DNA of 64,000 nt, from the NCBI RefSeq assembly GCF_964204645.1, contig NC_134031.1, positions 20,157,910 through 20,221,909 of the forward strand. The letters are read 5' to 3'. Position 1 is the first letter of the stretch. The number at the start of each line of letters is the position of its first letter. Shown one piece after another: positions 25,133 to 37,419 of this stretch. This DNA is from Tubulanus polymorphus (taxonomy: Eukaryota > Animalia > Nemertea). Below the pieces are notes generated by a model. It was not told where the DNA came from, did no database searches, and saw only the letters and a list, made by a program, of their open reading frames with translations. The position numbers and the translations under genes were made by a program.

Positions 25133-28100
25133 ATGGCGACCTCCATGGATAACGTGAACTCGAATGAAAAAGTAAGTTTTGGTCCGATTTTCTTCGAGAC
25201 GCTTTTTGTCGCTGTCACAAAAATAACCACTCCTACACAGATGATATTTCTAGATCTTAAACTTGAACAAGTTATATTTATTGCGACCGCGGTTTCGTTG
25301 TCCCGCGTACAGAAAACGACCAGTCCAGTACAAAAACTCGTTTTTCGTTAGAAGAGAGGACTACACTTGACTCTTGAGTCACGAGTGGAACCCATCTTGA
25401 TAACCGCGTAGTGAAACCTCGGAACTCATCTGCTCGTCCCCTCAATAGACACATTGCCCTCATTCCACCGCGTTGACATTCAACGCCAGAAGTGGTCACG
25501 TCAATGTAATGAAACCGAAACAGACCGACGAACCCGAAAGATCAGAAAAATTGATTTATTTAGTGGAAAAATTTGCCTGTTACAATCAGTGAAACAGCTA
25601 GGCCCTACTGACCACCACAAAATTCATTCTTCAAAGGTGATTCTATGATATATCCATTACATAGGTTGTGGATCAGTCAACAAAACCGAAGAAAAGGATG
25701 GAAAACAATGATGCGAACTTCTTTAAAAAAGTGACTCCCTCAAAAAAGACGAGAAAAGATGCTGATAGTCAACTCAGAAATTTCAAAAATCTTCGTGAGG
25801 TGAGATCTGCTTGGCTAGGTTTTATTATGACCAGTTTTTATTTTAATCAAGGTCCAGTTTCTGTTTAAGGAGACATAAATCTATTAACTGTCAACTGAAT
25901 CAATGTAGAAATCGAATGGATTTAAGAATGAGCTAATTCTTTTTGTGAAACTGGACTTTTAGATGTTTGACTTCTTAATCTTTTTTCTGTGGGCCTGGTT
26001 GAATTGCAGCGTGCTGGGGTCTTGTGGTAAAAAAATTGAAGCAACTCAAATAAAACGAAACCATTTATTGGTTATTAATTATCAAGACCTTATTTATTAT
26101 GATGTGTCCTTGAGGAAAATAGCTAGGAATATTATTTCTAAATTCTGACCACCTTCAGCGACCTGGCACTGCCGAATGTTTCGCCATCTTTTAGAAAAAA
26201 GCCATAACTAAGTTGTCTGCACGTACATAGAGTTAGAACGATGTGCAATGATTAGTGCTATTAAAAATCTGTTTATGCATTTTTTGTACTTTTTGATACT
26301 TCATGATGATCTGAGCTTGTCATATATAACATCAAATGTCATTCTTATGAATTTTATATGCGCCACGAATGTTTGAATAATAAACTGAGTTGAACTCAGT
26401 TGATTTTTATCTTTTTTTTCAATTCCGTTTCAATTGAATCTCATTAAAGGAGGATCAATTTCCCGGTGATAAACCGATCAGTCAAAAAACTGTTGCGAAA
26501 TATAAACACGGCAAAGCATTTTCGATGGTGAGTTAAATAAGCATTGGAACAAAATGTTTCTAATTCATCAATAATTGTCACCTATTTAAAAGTTTCCTAG
26601 TTCGTTTACATTTTATGTATGCGATGATCAGAACCCCGATAACTAGTTGAGGCATGATCTATTTTTTAAGAGGGGAGTAAAAGGAAGATACGCAGAGCAT
26701 CATCTCAATGTGAAGCAAAGTAAATTTGAACACGCTGCAAAGCAGGCGGCGAGAACAGAATTTCTGCACACCGAGGAACCCGGGTAAATAAATCAAAACT
26801 GTTTGATTTGCAAAGTTTTTACTTAACTCCAGTTAATTCAATGCAGTGGACGTGAGAGGTCTACGGATGCCCACTGCTGACATTAAACGAGATAATCATG
26901 ATTTCGACTTGAGTTATTTATGTTGTCATAATTAACTTGAAAAATAATTCCACATTCCACGTAATAGGTCAAAATTTGAAATAATTAACTCGGACGTTTA
27001 CATAAGAAAAAGTCGAATTCATAAGATTTTATCTCGTAGGCCTATGTCATCAACGGGCTTCCAGGTCACTATAATTCTAATGATATGAATTATTGTTTTA
27101 TCACCAGTTATTTAAATGAAGACGACTCATATATGATATCACAGCATGATATTGCTGATGCAGTCGATATAACAAGTGCGCAAAAGGTATTTTATTTTCA
27201 ATTAATACACATTTATGAGTAATGATTCATACAACTTTCTAGATTTTTATGGTCAAGTGTCGGATCTGACCAAATTATGGATAACCGTTCAACTCGGATA
27301 TTTTTGGAATACAGTAGAACTTGCTTAATAACGAGTGAAATATTTCTCATCCATCTGGCCAGTTTAAAACCCTTTCAGTGCGCCTACACCGCAGAGCAGT
27401 GTATAAATCATCTGTTAGCACTGAAAGGGTTTAACTATCGTCCATACTTCGGAATCTACTTAGAAATCTGCGCAGTCCCTAGTCATCCGAATTAAGTGAT
27501 GAATTCTGTTGTTGAAATATTATTCTAATTACCTAATGTATTAAGTTTATACCATCCAGATACCTCTTAACTTTGATTCTAATGCAGGTTTTGTTGTGTC
27601 CGTTAAAAGCACCAAAATTTCAATTTTTGTTCGCAGTTTTTCGAATTGAAACTCGGTCAGTTTGGTCCGTATCGGATGAATTATAGTCGCAATGGGCGTT
27701 TTTTATTGATCGCCGGAAATAAAGGACACGTCGCCGCTATGGACTGGCAAACAAAAAAACTAATGTGTGAAATGAACGTAATGGAAACTGTACAAGATAC
27801 GCGGTAGGTTATGTTTCAGAGTTTCTTAGGTTCTCGGGCTTCAGTGAGACTCTTATTCACAGTCGGTCTGACTGTATATATCTATGTATCTGTCTTTTAG
27901 CTACGCAGCTTCGTTAATAGTGAGTCGATCTTGATGAAACTTCAGGTTTGAATTGGAGTCCGAGAACCGTTGTCACCTATGGCGTGTCATATTTATTCCG
28001 AAGATTATACTAGAACTAATGCCATTGACGTACAATTCTATGTTCTTATAGGTGGTTACATATTGAAACGATGTTCGCAGTCGCGCAGAAAAAATGGACG

Positions 28101-31096
28101 TTCATTTATGACAATCAGGGCATCGAGTTGCACTGTCTGAAGCATTTAAACGAGGTTTTACGCATGGAATTTCTACCGTATCACTTCCTTCTCGTCACAT
28201 CGGTGAGTCAATAATGAACGCTTGTCGGTGAATATCAGCTAGGATAAAGTTGCTTTGAATGCTACATTCCGTCTCCAGGACATAGTATGAGTCAGTATGA
28301 TACCATAGTATGAGTCGGGTCATCTTCCCCGGTAGGGATTTGAACCTGATGGCATCGAGACTGCCACAGTATGAAACCCTGCCTAGCAAGCCTGAGTGCT
28401 ATATGGGTCGCTTAGAATAGATGATATCATTGCTAGCCAATCGGAAACTTTGTTTTGTTTTAGCCCGGGTTTTTAAATCATCAATACTCATTGTTCCAAT
28501 AAATTGTAAGAAGCTGTAATGAAAACAGATCCACGACGATAACCGAGTGGTAAAAATATAGGAATTTTAAATGTTAATCGAATTTGATTTGTGTCTATTT
28601 CAGAGTGCCCGAGGTTTTTTGAGTTATACGGATGTATCGGTCGGTCAAAAAGTGGCGACGATTCCGACGAGAGAAGGTCGTCTGAACGTAATGTGTCAAA
28701 ATCGATCCAACGCAATCATTCATTTAGGTCATTCGGGAGGTGAGTACAAGTACTAAAAATTATTTATCAACTTTTTAGTTCTCATGTCTCAGTTTTCATT
28801 GCTGTATTTTTCATTTCGATTCAGGAACCGTCACGTTGTGGTCTCCGAATAAAAAAACACACCTTGTTAAAATGTTATGCCACGGTGGTGGTATCCAGTC
28901 ATTAGCTGTTGATAACAGTGGCACGTGAGTATTGCTTATTCAATATTGATATGCAGAATAGTCTTCGTTAACCCTTTTAGTCTTTATCTTGACTACCATG
29001 CCCACTCTTCTTCAATACCTGGTTATATTTTACTTTAGACAAAATACCAAGATATCCAATCAACTCGAATATTTGTTGAGATATTTTTCTGGCACTGTAT
29101 AATATATATAATATATATCTGTTATCACCCTCGAATCCAAAAAGTCTGACTTTACAGAGTCAACTACAGTTCATTTGGAAAGAATGGAACAGTGTATGTT
29201 CATTGAATTTGATTGAGAAAGTTTGTTCTCTGTAAAATGTTGGAGTTAAGCGAGCAATGGCATTAAAATGGATGGCAGCGTTATAACTGATCACAACAAT
29301 CTTGGCTTGCTACATCACTCAACTCGGTTATGTTTATCCATACACGTGTTATTGGACTTCATTAAAAATCTCGATTCAACAGTTGCTTAAAAGTGTGATT
29401 TTTCATTTCAGTTATATGGCCACATCAGGATTGGATAGGACGATGAAACTATGGGATTTACGAACTTATAAACAGTTACAGTCTTACAAAGTTGGAGCAG
29501 CTGCTTGCCATTTGAATTTCAGTCAAACAGACTTGTTATCTGCTGGTATTGGAAACGTCGTTGAGGTAAATACGTAGATGATAAATATTTGAAAGAGGTT
29601 CATTGAGTTGAGGAACTCTTCTAATGAATTTCTGGTTAATTTGAATATTTTCTTTAGTGTATTGGTTCAAAATATATTTTCTGTTCCGGTACTTGTTTTA
29701 ATAACCGTGGTATATTTGTACTGTAGGTTTATAAGGACTGCTGTAAAACCACGGTGAATTCTCCGTACATGAAACACAACATGTCTTCGCCGATCAGTAA
29801 CATGCAGTTTTGTCCGTTCGAAGATGTTTTAGGTGTCGGACACGGCAACGGATTTTCAAGTCTTTTAATACCCGGCGCTGGTGAAGCGAACTTTGACGCG
29901 TTAGAGTCGAATCCATACGAGAATAGGAAGCAAAGACGAAACGCTGAAGTTAAGATGCTTCTGGAAAAGGTATGTATGCAATCTACGCTATGTTGGGAAT
30001 GTAAATATTACGATTTAAATTCCCCTTTTTCGTGAAATTCTCTGAAATAAAGCTCCGGAGGTTATAACGGACTCCAAAGGTTAAAACTGTGAGTATAGCA
30101 GTGGTGCTCAGTTGTTATGTTGTAATATTATTTTCTCTTGATACGCAATTGAATGTTTATAGATTCCGGCAAATCTGGAATAACATCTTTCAGAAAAGAT
30201 GGCAACACCAAACATTTGAGTGTTATGTCGCTTCATAAACGTGGACTAGGGCAAGCTTTAAATGTTTTGAATATTTTTAGATTCAACCAGATCTGATATC
30301 GTTGAACCCTAAACAACTCGGAGAAGTAGATGTCATGACATTAGAAGACAAGGTCAATGAACACAATAAGCTAAAGGTACGGAACACAGTGATTTTCGAA
30401 CTATTCACTGGAATAACTAGTGTAATAGTTTATATCTTCAAAGAACATCAGGGGCCAGTGGCTCAAAAGTTGGTTACAGTTAACCAATACATAGTTGATA
30501 AAGAGACAATGAAAATTTCATTGTTAATATGGTACTAATCTGCCGGTTATCAAACTTTTGAGCAACTGCAGCCCCTGGTTCTGTTGGTTCTTCATAGACA
30601 GTTGATAGTCTAATTATTCAGTTAATGAATTAATTCGTTATCATCACCCACGAGAAAAACTGTATGAGGATGTTAATGTTTCGACTTATTTCTAGCAGCC
30701 ATTTTACAGAGATGAATAAAGTTTCTCAAAATGGCTGGTAGATTTAAGTTGAAATGTTAACTTCATCTTACATTTTTTCTGTGGGTTCTATTCCTCATTG
30801 GTTCTATATTTGGAAATATCCTGCTTGATTCACTAACTGATGGATTTTTGCAGTTCTTAAAGCCGCAAAATATCGACGTCATCTTAAAACACAAGAAGAA
30901 AGGTCGAAGCAAAGCTGGCAAAATTGAAAAGCGAAAAAGCGGTGTGAAATTCGAAGATAAAACGAAACAGTTGAAGAATATAAAAAAGATTCAAGCTAAT
31001 TTGAAAGTGAACTCCAATAACGATGAGGAGCAATCGTCGTATGTTATAAAAAATAAAACTGTTTTCGATCGTTTTAATAAATCTGAAAAGAGATGA
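25133..31096 (+). CDS. WDR46: WD repeat-containing protein 46 (Utp7/BING4, SSU processome), 13 exons, 577 aa
   Basis: Exons 25133-25171, 25665-25799, 26450-26527, 26671-26783, 27108-27186, 27637-27803, 28052-28202, 28604-28739, 28825-28924, 29412-29565, 29727-29969, 30281-30376, 30854-31096; 1734 nt with consistent phases. Motifs: [93 protein letters not shown]. The ATG sits in a YY1-like AAAATGGCG. Confidence 0.95.
27367..27432. mobile_element. Miniature piggyBac-like hairpin element in a WDR46 intron
   Basis: AAACCCTTTCAGTGC / GCACTGAAAGGGTTT perfect IR with TTAA-like flanks. Confidence 0.5.
30449..30577. mobile_element. MITE in WDR46 intron 12
   Basis: CAGGGGCCAGTGGCTCAAAAGTT ... AACTTTTGAGCAACTGCAGCCCCTG terminal inverted repeats. 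Confidence 0.6.
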
Positions 31097-34000
31097 ATAT
31101 TTAAAAAAAGAGTAAAGTGTGTTTATTAGCTGCGAGGATTGACGATTGAGATCCAACTTGATCAAATTTGAAACCTATGGGTTGAATTGAAGTGTTTTAG
31201 ATATTTTTCCATAAAATCGCACCCCAGTTCACCGACTTTTAAGCATGTGTCCCAGCTGTATGAACTAAAATGAAAAAGGGTCAAGGAGTGATGGATCAGA
31301 CAGAGGAGAGCATAAAACAACACAACTTGTGGTCGAAAACGTTGCATCCGAAAAGGATCAGCTCAGCTGTGAACTCTATAGTTCAAAAATCGACTCTTTA
31401 TTGGCTTATTCACAAAGTGTAGGAGTCGTGGTTAAATATTACTTTCAATAGCGATGATGAAGTGCGAGTATATTACAAAAACATCTAAAAACATGGGACT
31501 CGAACCCGCAGTGAGTGGTCGTTGCCGCTAGGTGGCCGGGTCATCCATCAAGGCTATTTTTGTGGACAAGTTCAAATGTTGCATTGTCAAATGCGAATCA
31601 CGGCGGATATTTAATGGCACACGGCGCCGTAAACGTTAAAATGAGGATGTATAATGACGTGAGTATGCCGCACTGATTTCCTCTCGGAGAATGATTCAGA
31701 TAAGCAGTTGATAAGATCTTATCTCGTTTTATCGAAGTTATTTCTGACAGTTCGTTTACTTCCGGCCGGTTTTTAACTCTTCTCAGTCTTCGTACTTTCG
31801 ATCCTCGATTCGATCGATGGATCGATGATTCATTCACAGAAATGAGATAGAAAAACAAGTTATCAATTCTATCAAGCCTCCATGTTTACCGATTTCGATT
31901 TTTTTTCGGTGAAATGGAATAAAAGAAATTGTTCGTAGACTGTGATTACTTACAACGTTGTTAATGTTAGTTATATTGTTTCGATATGAATGATTCCACA
32001 GTAGTGGGTCTTGTAGCCTGGAATGGATTGATAATGAACTTCAACTGATGAAAAAGCCGTGTGATCGCTGTCTCACAATGTAGTAGTAGAATGAGTTCTG
32101 AATATTAATATCAGATTCAGGAATTTGGGGAGTCGAAGAAGAAAACAAATTTCTCTTAGGCCCGTAGGATTTGTAAAGAGACTATTTGCATTTGGAGTGT
32201 TTTGGGTAAAGGCTTCTTCTGAACCTTCGACTTCGTGACAGACATAATAGCCACAGATAATTTAATTTTTTTTGACAGCCCTTAGCTGAACATGGGCCTA
32301 TACATAGTAGGCCTACAAACATGTATAGGCCTATATTTAATTTTTTTTTTAGATTATTTCATATTACTTACCGGTATTCCTCTGCTAACTTGCCAGAGCT
32401 TAAAGTCTTACAAATTATGCAAAGAAAAAGGCTTTTAGAATAAGACCAAAAATTCAGAAACATTTTTGCAAAAATTCGCAGCTTCTATTCTTCACTTATG
32501 AAAGGATTTTATATTTTTCAAATTACGTGCAAAAACTAAAGGCAGTACATGATACTCTAAACACTTTTATCAAAAGAGAATTTCACGCTTTTGCTTTAAC
32601 TGAGAGGCTCTGGGAAGTAGAAACTGTAGGGGTCTGATTGTAGGGGTAGTCTGGTTTTCGTTATAGCGTGGTTTTGACTTTCTGCCTCTCATTACGAACT
32701 GCGTTTAGTTCAATGTTGAACCGCCTCATTCGACGATGAACGGCATTAAAACTTTATTTATATCATGCATAGATATAACCGGGGGTAACAAGGTGGGAAC
32801 TGCTACTGTAACGCACCTGGGAGGTTGGTATTTTTGCTGTTAGGGTGAAGAGCATCTAGGCAGGTTTCCTTTAAATGCGAAAATCAGCAAATTCTGTAAA
32901 GTTTTGGATGTGTGTTGGCCATTTCAAGAAAAAGTGAGTTCGATGTTTGAATACTGGTTGAATGCTATGGTAATTGTGGTGTCTCTGATTTGGAATGTAT
33001 TGGCTTATATTAGGTCCAGGTGCGTTTTGAGGAAAAAGTGAGTTGGATGTTTTTATGTTTAACTGGTTAAGCGGTGTTCCTTTGAAGTGAAATAAATCAG
33101 TAATTCCATAGAAGTGTTCTCGAATACACTTCTATGGTATTTCACAGTCAGGGAGAACGTTAAGTAAAATCTGTGAATTCTCAACGTTGCCATTTCGGTG
33201 ATGTCTGCCGCCTGAATGTTTCTTGCTCGAGAACATTTTTCACGCAATAGGAACCGATTTCTGTGAATTTTGGATCTCCGGATTCAACTACTGGGTATGT
33301 AATTTCAACAAGATGGAAGTGTAGTAATTTTCAGGGGTAGATTCAGGGTCGACAGGAGGGGGTGTCCACTTGAGAAATTTAGGGCTATTTTCCAAGCTTC
33401 GCCGCAATTACGTCGTTTAAACAACAAGTTTTTAGAACTTCTTTAGTGCTTGTTAAACAACACACCAAAACAAAATTTTGTTATTTTCCAAAAATGTTCA
33501 GTCCATAATTTTGGGGATAGAATTTTAAGGGTCCTCAAAATTTAAGGGGTTGATGGGGTGTCGAGACTCCGCAGACACCCCCTGTAGCCACCAGTGATTT
33601 TATCGACTGAATTGTTTGGTTTGGTAGACTATTAGAGAGTGATTAGATAAATTAGTATACGTGGTACAGAGTACTGTTGCCCATCCCTACAACGTTTATG
33701 GTCATTACATTGTTGATATTATTTGCTCGACACAACTGATTAGCTAAACTACGGCAATTTTCTATGCTGTGACATTCTATAGTTGGTTCCCAGGCTGGAT
33801 GACTTATTATTGCAAACCTCCAAATACATATATCAGCGACCAGTGTTATAGTGTTGTTGTTGGGCTTTGTTTTAATCTTACTCAAAGGTCGAATGTTCGA
33901 ACAATAACCGTGAGATGGATTTTATTACGGATGATGTAAGTAGCCTATTTTAATTTGGGTAGAAGTTAATCTCATTATTACTCATGTTATCATCATGATT

Positions 34001-34156
34001 TGGATGAGCAAAGTTTGAATATATAGTCAATCAAACCTATTACATCTTTAAAGCCAGTCTCAGGTCATCAGACATGCCCTGACTTTCGACATGACTAGAA
34101 TTACACCGGTGTCAAAAAAGGTTCCTGATTGATAAGGCTTAGCAAAAATGGTACAT

Positions 34157-34357
34157 TGTTTCTCCGTAGCGGCCAGGTTATTTTTGTTAATTATAATACA
34201 ATTTGTAATCAGTTCATTTCTATAGCTGCCGGGTCTGTTGTGGTAAAATTGATCACGATTTTAAAAAAAGTTATGTACAGGGTCGATAGGCGGCCGGCCG
34301 GGTCAACTTTCTTAAAGCTATACAGAGTCGAGAAACAAGGTGTGACTTTTTTTGCCT
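34157..34357 (+). repeat. Left member of an old inverted repeat pair around the zinc-finger exon
   Basis: Aligns to the reverse complement of ~36560-36827, e.g. ATTTGTAATCAGTTCATTTCTATAGCTGCCG vs ATTTGTCATCAGTTCATTTCTATAACTACCG. Confidence 0.75.
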
Positions 34358-34572
34358 AAATCTCGACTTGACTGCTTACGATCCGACGATCCGATCGGAT
34401 CTTAGTCGACCTGAATTAGGCTTCGTTTCAGTTCTTCTAATCTATATTTCATCTCTTTTTCTTTACAGAATGTGAATGCTGGCTATGTAACCACGGGTCG
34501 TAACCGTAATCGCTGACGGATATTAATTCGCAGATTTCCTACCTCCGAGATTAGTCTCGAGAAGGAAACAAA

Positions 34573-36516
34573 ATGACAGGTAAAGAACCCCAGAGTCGGC
34601 GACGAAAGGGCGCGATCAACTCGAAGTTTTTCTGCGACGTTTGTCAGAAAGCGTATTCGTCGAAGCAAGCGTTGAACGTTCACAGCCGGTTGCATTCCGG
34701 TGACAATCCGTACCGATGCGATTACTGCGCGCAGAGTTTTCCGCAACTCGTGTTGCTCACGGCGCACGTACGCAGCAAACATTCGCACAACATCGGCGAG
34801 GACGCGATCGTCGCGATCACGTGCGACACATGCGGTAAGTCGTATTCGTCGAAAAACGCGTTGAGAGTCCATCAGCGAATCCACGCTAACGAATATCCAT
34901 TTACGTGCGATCAGTGCGACGCCGCGTTCGCGCAGCGTGTTCAATTGAACGCTCACGTTCAACGACAACACGGCGACGCGACGTTCGCGTGCGAGGAATG
35001 CGCGAAAGTTTTCCGCGACGAAACTGCGTTGAAACGACACTTCAAAAAGAAGCACGACGCTGGCAGTTCGGATAACGGTGACGTTCGTACAAAGTCTCGG
35101 TTATCGAATGCATCGACGATCGAAAAAATTCGAAAGAATTCAAATAATGATTGTTCGATTTGCGCGAAGACGTTCTCGACGAAAAGCGCGTTGAATTTAC
35201 ACCATCGAATTCACTCGTTGACTGATCGTTACGCGTGTAATATCTGCGGCGCGACGTTCGCGCAGAAAGTTCAACTGACGTCGCACGCTACGCGGCACGA
35301 CGCAACGAAACGGTTCGCGTGCGCATCGTGTCAGAAAGCGTTCGGCACGCGCGCGCTCTTAAACCAACACGAAAAGACGCACAACAAGGAGTTTAGATTC
35401 GCGTGCGAGATCTGCGCGAAACGTTTCACGACGCGCGGCTTGTTGAAGCGACACATGCTCATTCACGAACCACCGCCGCTAGACGAACAGTTCAAGTGCG
35501 GCATCTGCGCGAAGACGTTCGTGTACAAACACGTACGCGACGACCACGTTAAACGCCACCTGGAGGACAAGGCGTTCAAGTGTTCGTTGTGCGACAAGGC
35601 GTTCGTGAAACGATTCGAGTTGGACTCGCACGCGTTGACGCACAGCGCCGAGAAGCGCCATCAGTGTATTCATTGCGGCCGGTGTTTCAAACGTCAGTCG
35701 GTGGCCATCGTTCACGAACGCATACATACCGGTATTCGGCCATTCGCGTGTAAACTCTGCGGAGCGAAGATGATCTCGTTTCCAATGTTAAAAATACACC
35801 ATCGTCGCGCGCATCCGAATTACAATAACAACTGTGGTAGTATCGTATCGACGAATGACGCCAGTAGTGCCGCGTCGACGAACGGCGCCGGTGGTACCGC
35901 GTCGACGAACGGTTTCAGCGTTTTAAAGAATGAATCATTGTTAAAATCGGTGTCGTGTGTAATCACTGAAGACGCTGAATCAGCGTCGTCTCGACGAACG
36001 TCAAAGCGTAAAGGCGTTCCGGTGAAATTGAACGTCGCAGATGACTCGGCCGACGAAACGCCGTCTACCGTAACGCCGGCGGTCGCGAACGCGGAAACTC
36101 GCGACGCGGCGGCTATAGCGCCACCTATGATGAAGATGACGGAGGAGGACGATTACGAAGAACCATGCGGCGCCGATTCGGACGCGACCGCGTCGTTGCC
36201 TCCGTACGTCGTCGTAGAAAGCCCTCAGCACAATATCATGGATACGAGCGATATGAGTTACATCGACGACTTGTTACCGTTCACCGACGGCGAGTTGGAG
36301 GCCATTTTATCGGAAGAGAATATCGACTTTTTGAAAGAATTGTGGACGACCGATAGTTTTCTGCACACGCCGGTCGTCGACAGCGATAAGTTGTTCACGT
36401 GCGAATTTTGCGAGAGGAACTTTGAGGATTTCGAAATGCTCGTGTCTCATTTGAATTTCGAAGATTCGACGCGACGTTGTTCGTTCGCACCGAGTTATTC
36501 GATATTGTCGCTTTAA
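34573..36516 (+). CDS. C2H2 zinc-finger protein, 13 fingers plus one degenerate C-terminal finger, 647 aa, single coding exon
   Basis: Thirteen CxxC-x12-HxxxH/HxxxxH motifs, with HSGDNPY and HTGIRPF linkers. Acidic-hydrophobic C-terminal region. In-frame stops lie upstream of the ATG. Splice acceptor at 34468 and a candidate UTR exon at 33888-33935. Confidence 0.93.
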   Translation: MTGKEPQSRRRKGAINSKFFCDVCQKAYSSKQALNVHSRLHSGDNPYRCDYCAQSFPQLVLLTAHVRSKHSHNIGEDAIVAITCDTCGKSYSSKNALRVHQRIHANEYPFTCDQCDAAFAQRVQLNAHVQRQHGDATFACEECAKVFRDETALKRHFKKKHDAGSSDNGDVRTKSRLSNASTIEKIRKNSNNDCSICAKTFSTKSALNLHHRIHSLTDRYACNICGATFAQKVQLTSHATRHDATKRFACASCQKAFGTRALLNQHEKTHNKEFRFACEICAKRFTTRGLLKRHMLIHEPPPLDEQFKCGICAKTFVYKHVRDDHVKRHLEDKAFKCSLCDKAFVKRFELDSHALTHSAEKRHQCIHCGRCFKRQSVAIVHERIHTGIRPFACKLCGAKMISFPMLKIHHRRAHPNYNNNCGSIVSTNDASSAASTNGAGGTASTNGFSVLKNESLLKSVSCVITEDAESASSRRTSKRKGVPVKLNVADDSADETPSTVTPAVANAETRDAAAIAPPMMKMTEEDDYEEPCGADSDATASLPPYVVVESPQHNIMDTSDMSYIDDLLPFTDGELEAILSEENIDFLKELWTTDSFLHTPVVDSDKLFTCEFCERNFEDFEMLVSHLNFEDSTRRCSFAPSYSILSL

Positions 36517-36559
36517 TTATAGAAAAGAAAAATATCGAGATTATAGTTGCACAGTTTTG

Positions 36560-36827
36560 AGGCTAACAAAAATTGATACTTCGTTTCTCACTTCTGCTGA
36601 GTATAAAAGTTGACCTGAGCCCAGTTTCACAAAAAAGTTTACTCAATTTTTTTGGTGTAATTGCTATTGGTTACTTCATGTTTTCAATGAGGACAACAAT
36701 TCAAACCTAACCGTTTTAGGCTGAAACTGGGCCCTGGTCGGCCACCTTTACATTCGGTAGTTATAGAAATGAACTGATGACAAATATTTTTGCGGTTAAC
36801 AAAATGACCCGGCCGATTAGGAGGAAC
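36560..36827 (-). repeat. Right member of the old inverted repeat pair, interrupted by a younger MITE at ~36617-36734
   Basis: Removing GCCCAGTTTCAC...GAAACTGGGCCC restores AAAAGTTGACCTG-GTCGGCCACCT, which matches the reverse complement of AGGCGGCCGGCCGGGTCAACTTTC at ~34288-34311. Confidence 0.72.
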
Positions 36828-37019
36828 GAATCTATTGATCATGATTAAATTAGTTACTAATAGATCTCTTTGTGTGTTAGAATTAGAATAAGATAAATCG
36901 TAATAAATATTTGAATACTCGTAGTCTTACGAGAATATTTTGCTTTTTTTGTTTTATTGGAATTTCAACCACGTTATGAATGGACTGCTCTTTATGCCAT
37001 ACACTTAATAAATAGATTG

Positions 37020-37165
37020 CTGATGCCAGGATTCGAACCCAACAGCTCGATCCAGAGATTTTAGCATCGATTCAGCCATCCTCGCTTGCCAGGGGTCCGG
37101 TATCACTCCCGAACTCGCTTCGGGGAACAGCTTTAGCGTAGTGGGTTCGAATCCCTTGATGGGTG
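37020..37165. repeat. tRNA-derived SINE-like remnant(s)
   Basis: Pol III B-box GGTTCGAATCC on both strands (37029-37040 minus, 37143-37154 plus) and A-box-like TGGCTGAATCG on the minus strand. No complete cloverleaf. Confidence 0.4.
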
Positions 37166-37183
37166 AAGATGCGATTCAGCTTT

Positions 37184-37254
37184 TGATCAGTTAGACTGGT
37201 TACCGATGACCAGGTGGCGTAGCAGAATTTGACAGGCAACCAGTCTAATGATCA
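37184..37254. mobile_element. Hairpin element with CTCF-like core, upstream of dynamin
   Basis: TGATCAGTTAGACTGGTTACC / GGCAACCAGTCTAATGATCA IR around GACCAGGTGGCGTA. Same family as 24809-24870. Confidence 0.6.
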
Positions 37255-37419
37255 GTAAATGAGCCAGCTCCGGCAATTGAGGATACAACGACGATCGCCT
37301 AACGGTGCACCATACCTGGTGCGTTTAACGGCTGGGTATCGAGACCATTTTGACAGGAGTCGCCATTTTCAGGAAATCGCTCTCTCTCTCACTAAATCGA
37401 CGTTAAAATACGCTGAAAA

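Noticed and set aside
34483-36356. Antisense and alternative-frame ORFs over the zinc-finger CDS
   Set aside because: Shadow ORFs expected from GC-rich codon usage.
37020-37165. Possible tRNA, including tRNA-Sec given the nearby SCLY
   Set aside because: Only B-box/T-arm-like pieces; no D arm, anticodon arm or TCA anticodon loop can be formed.
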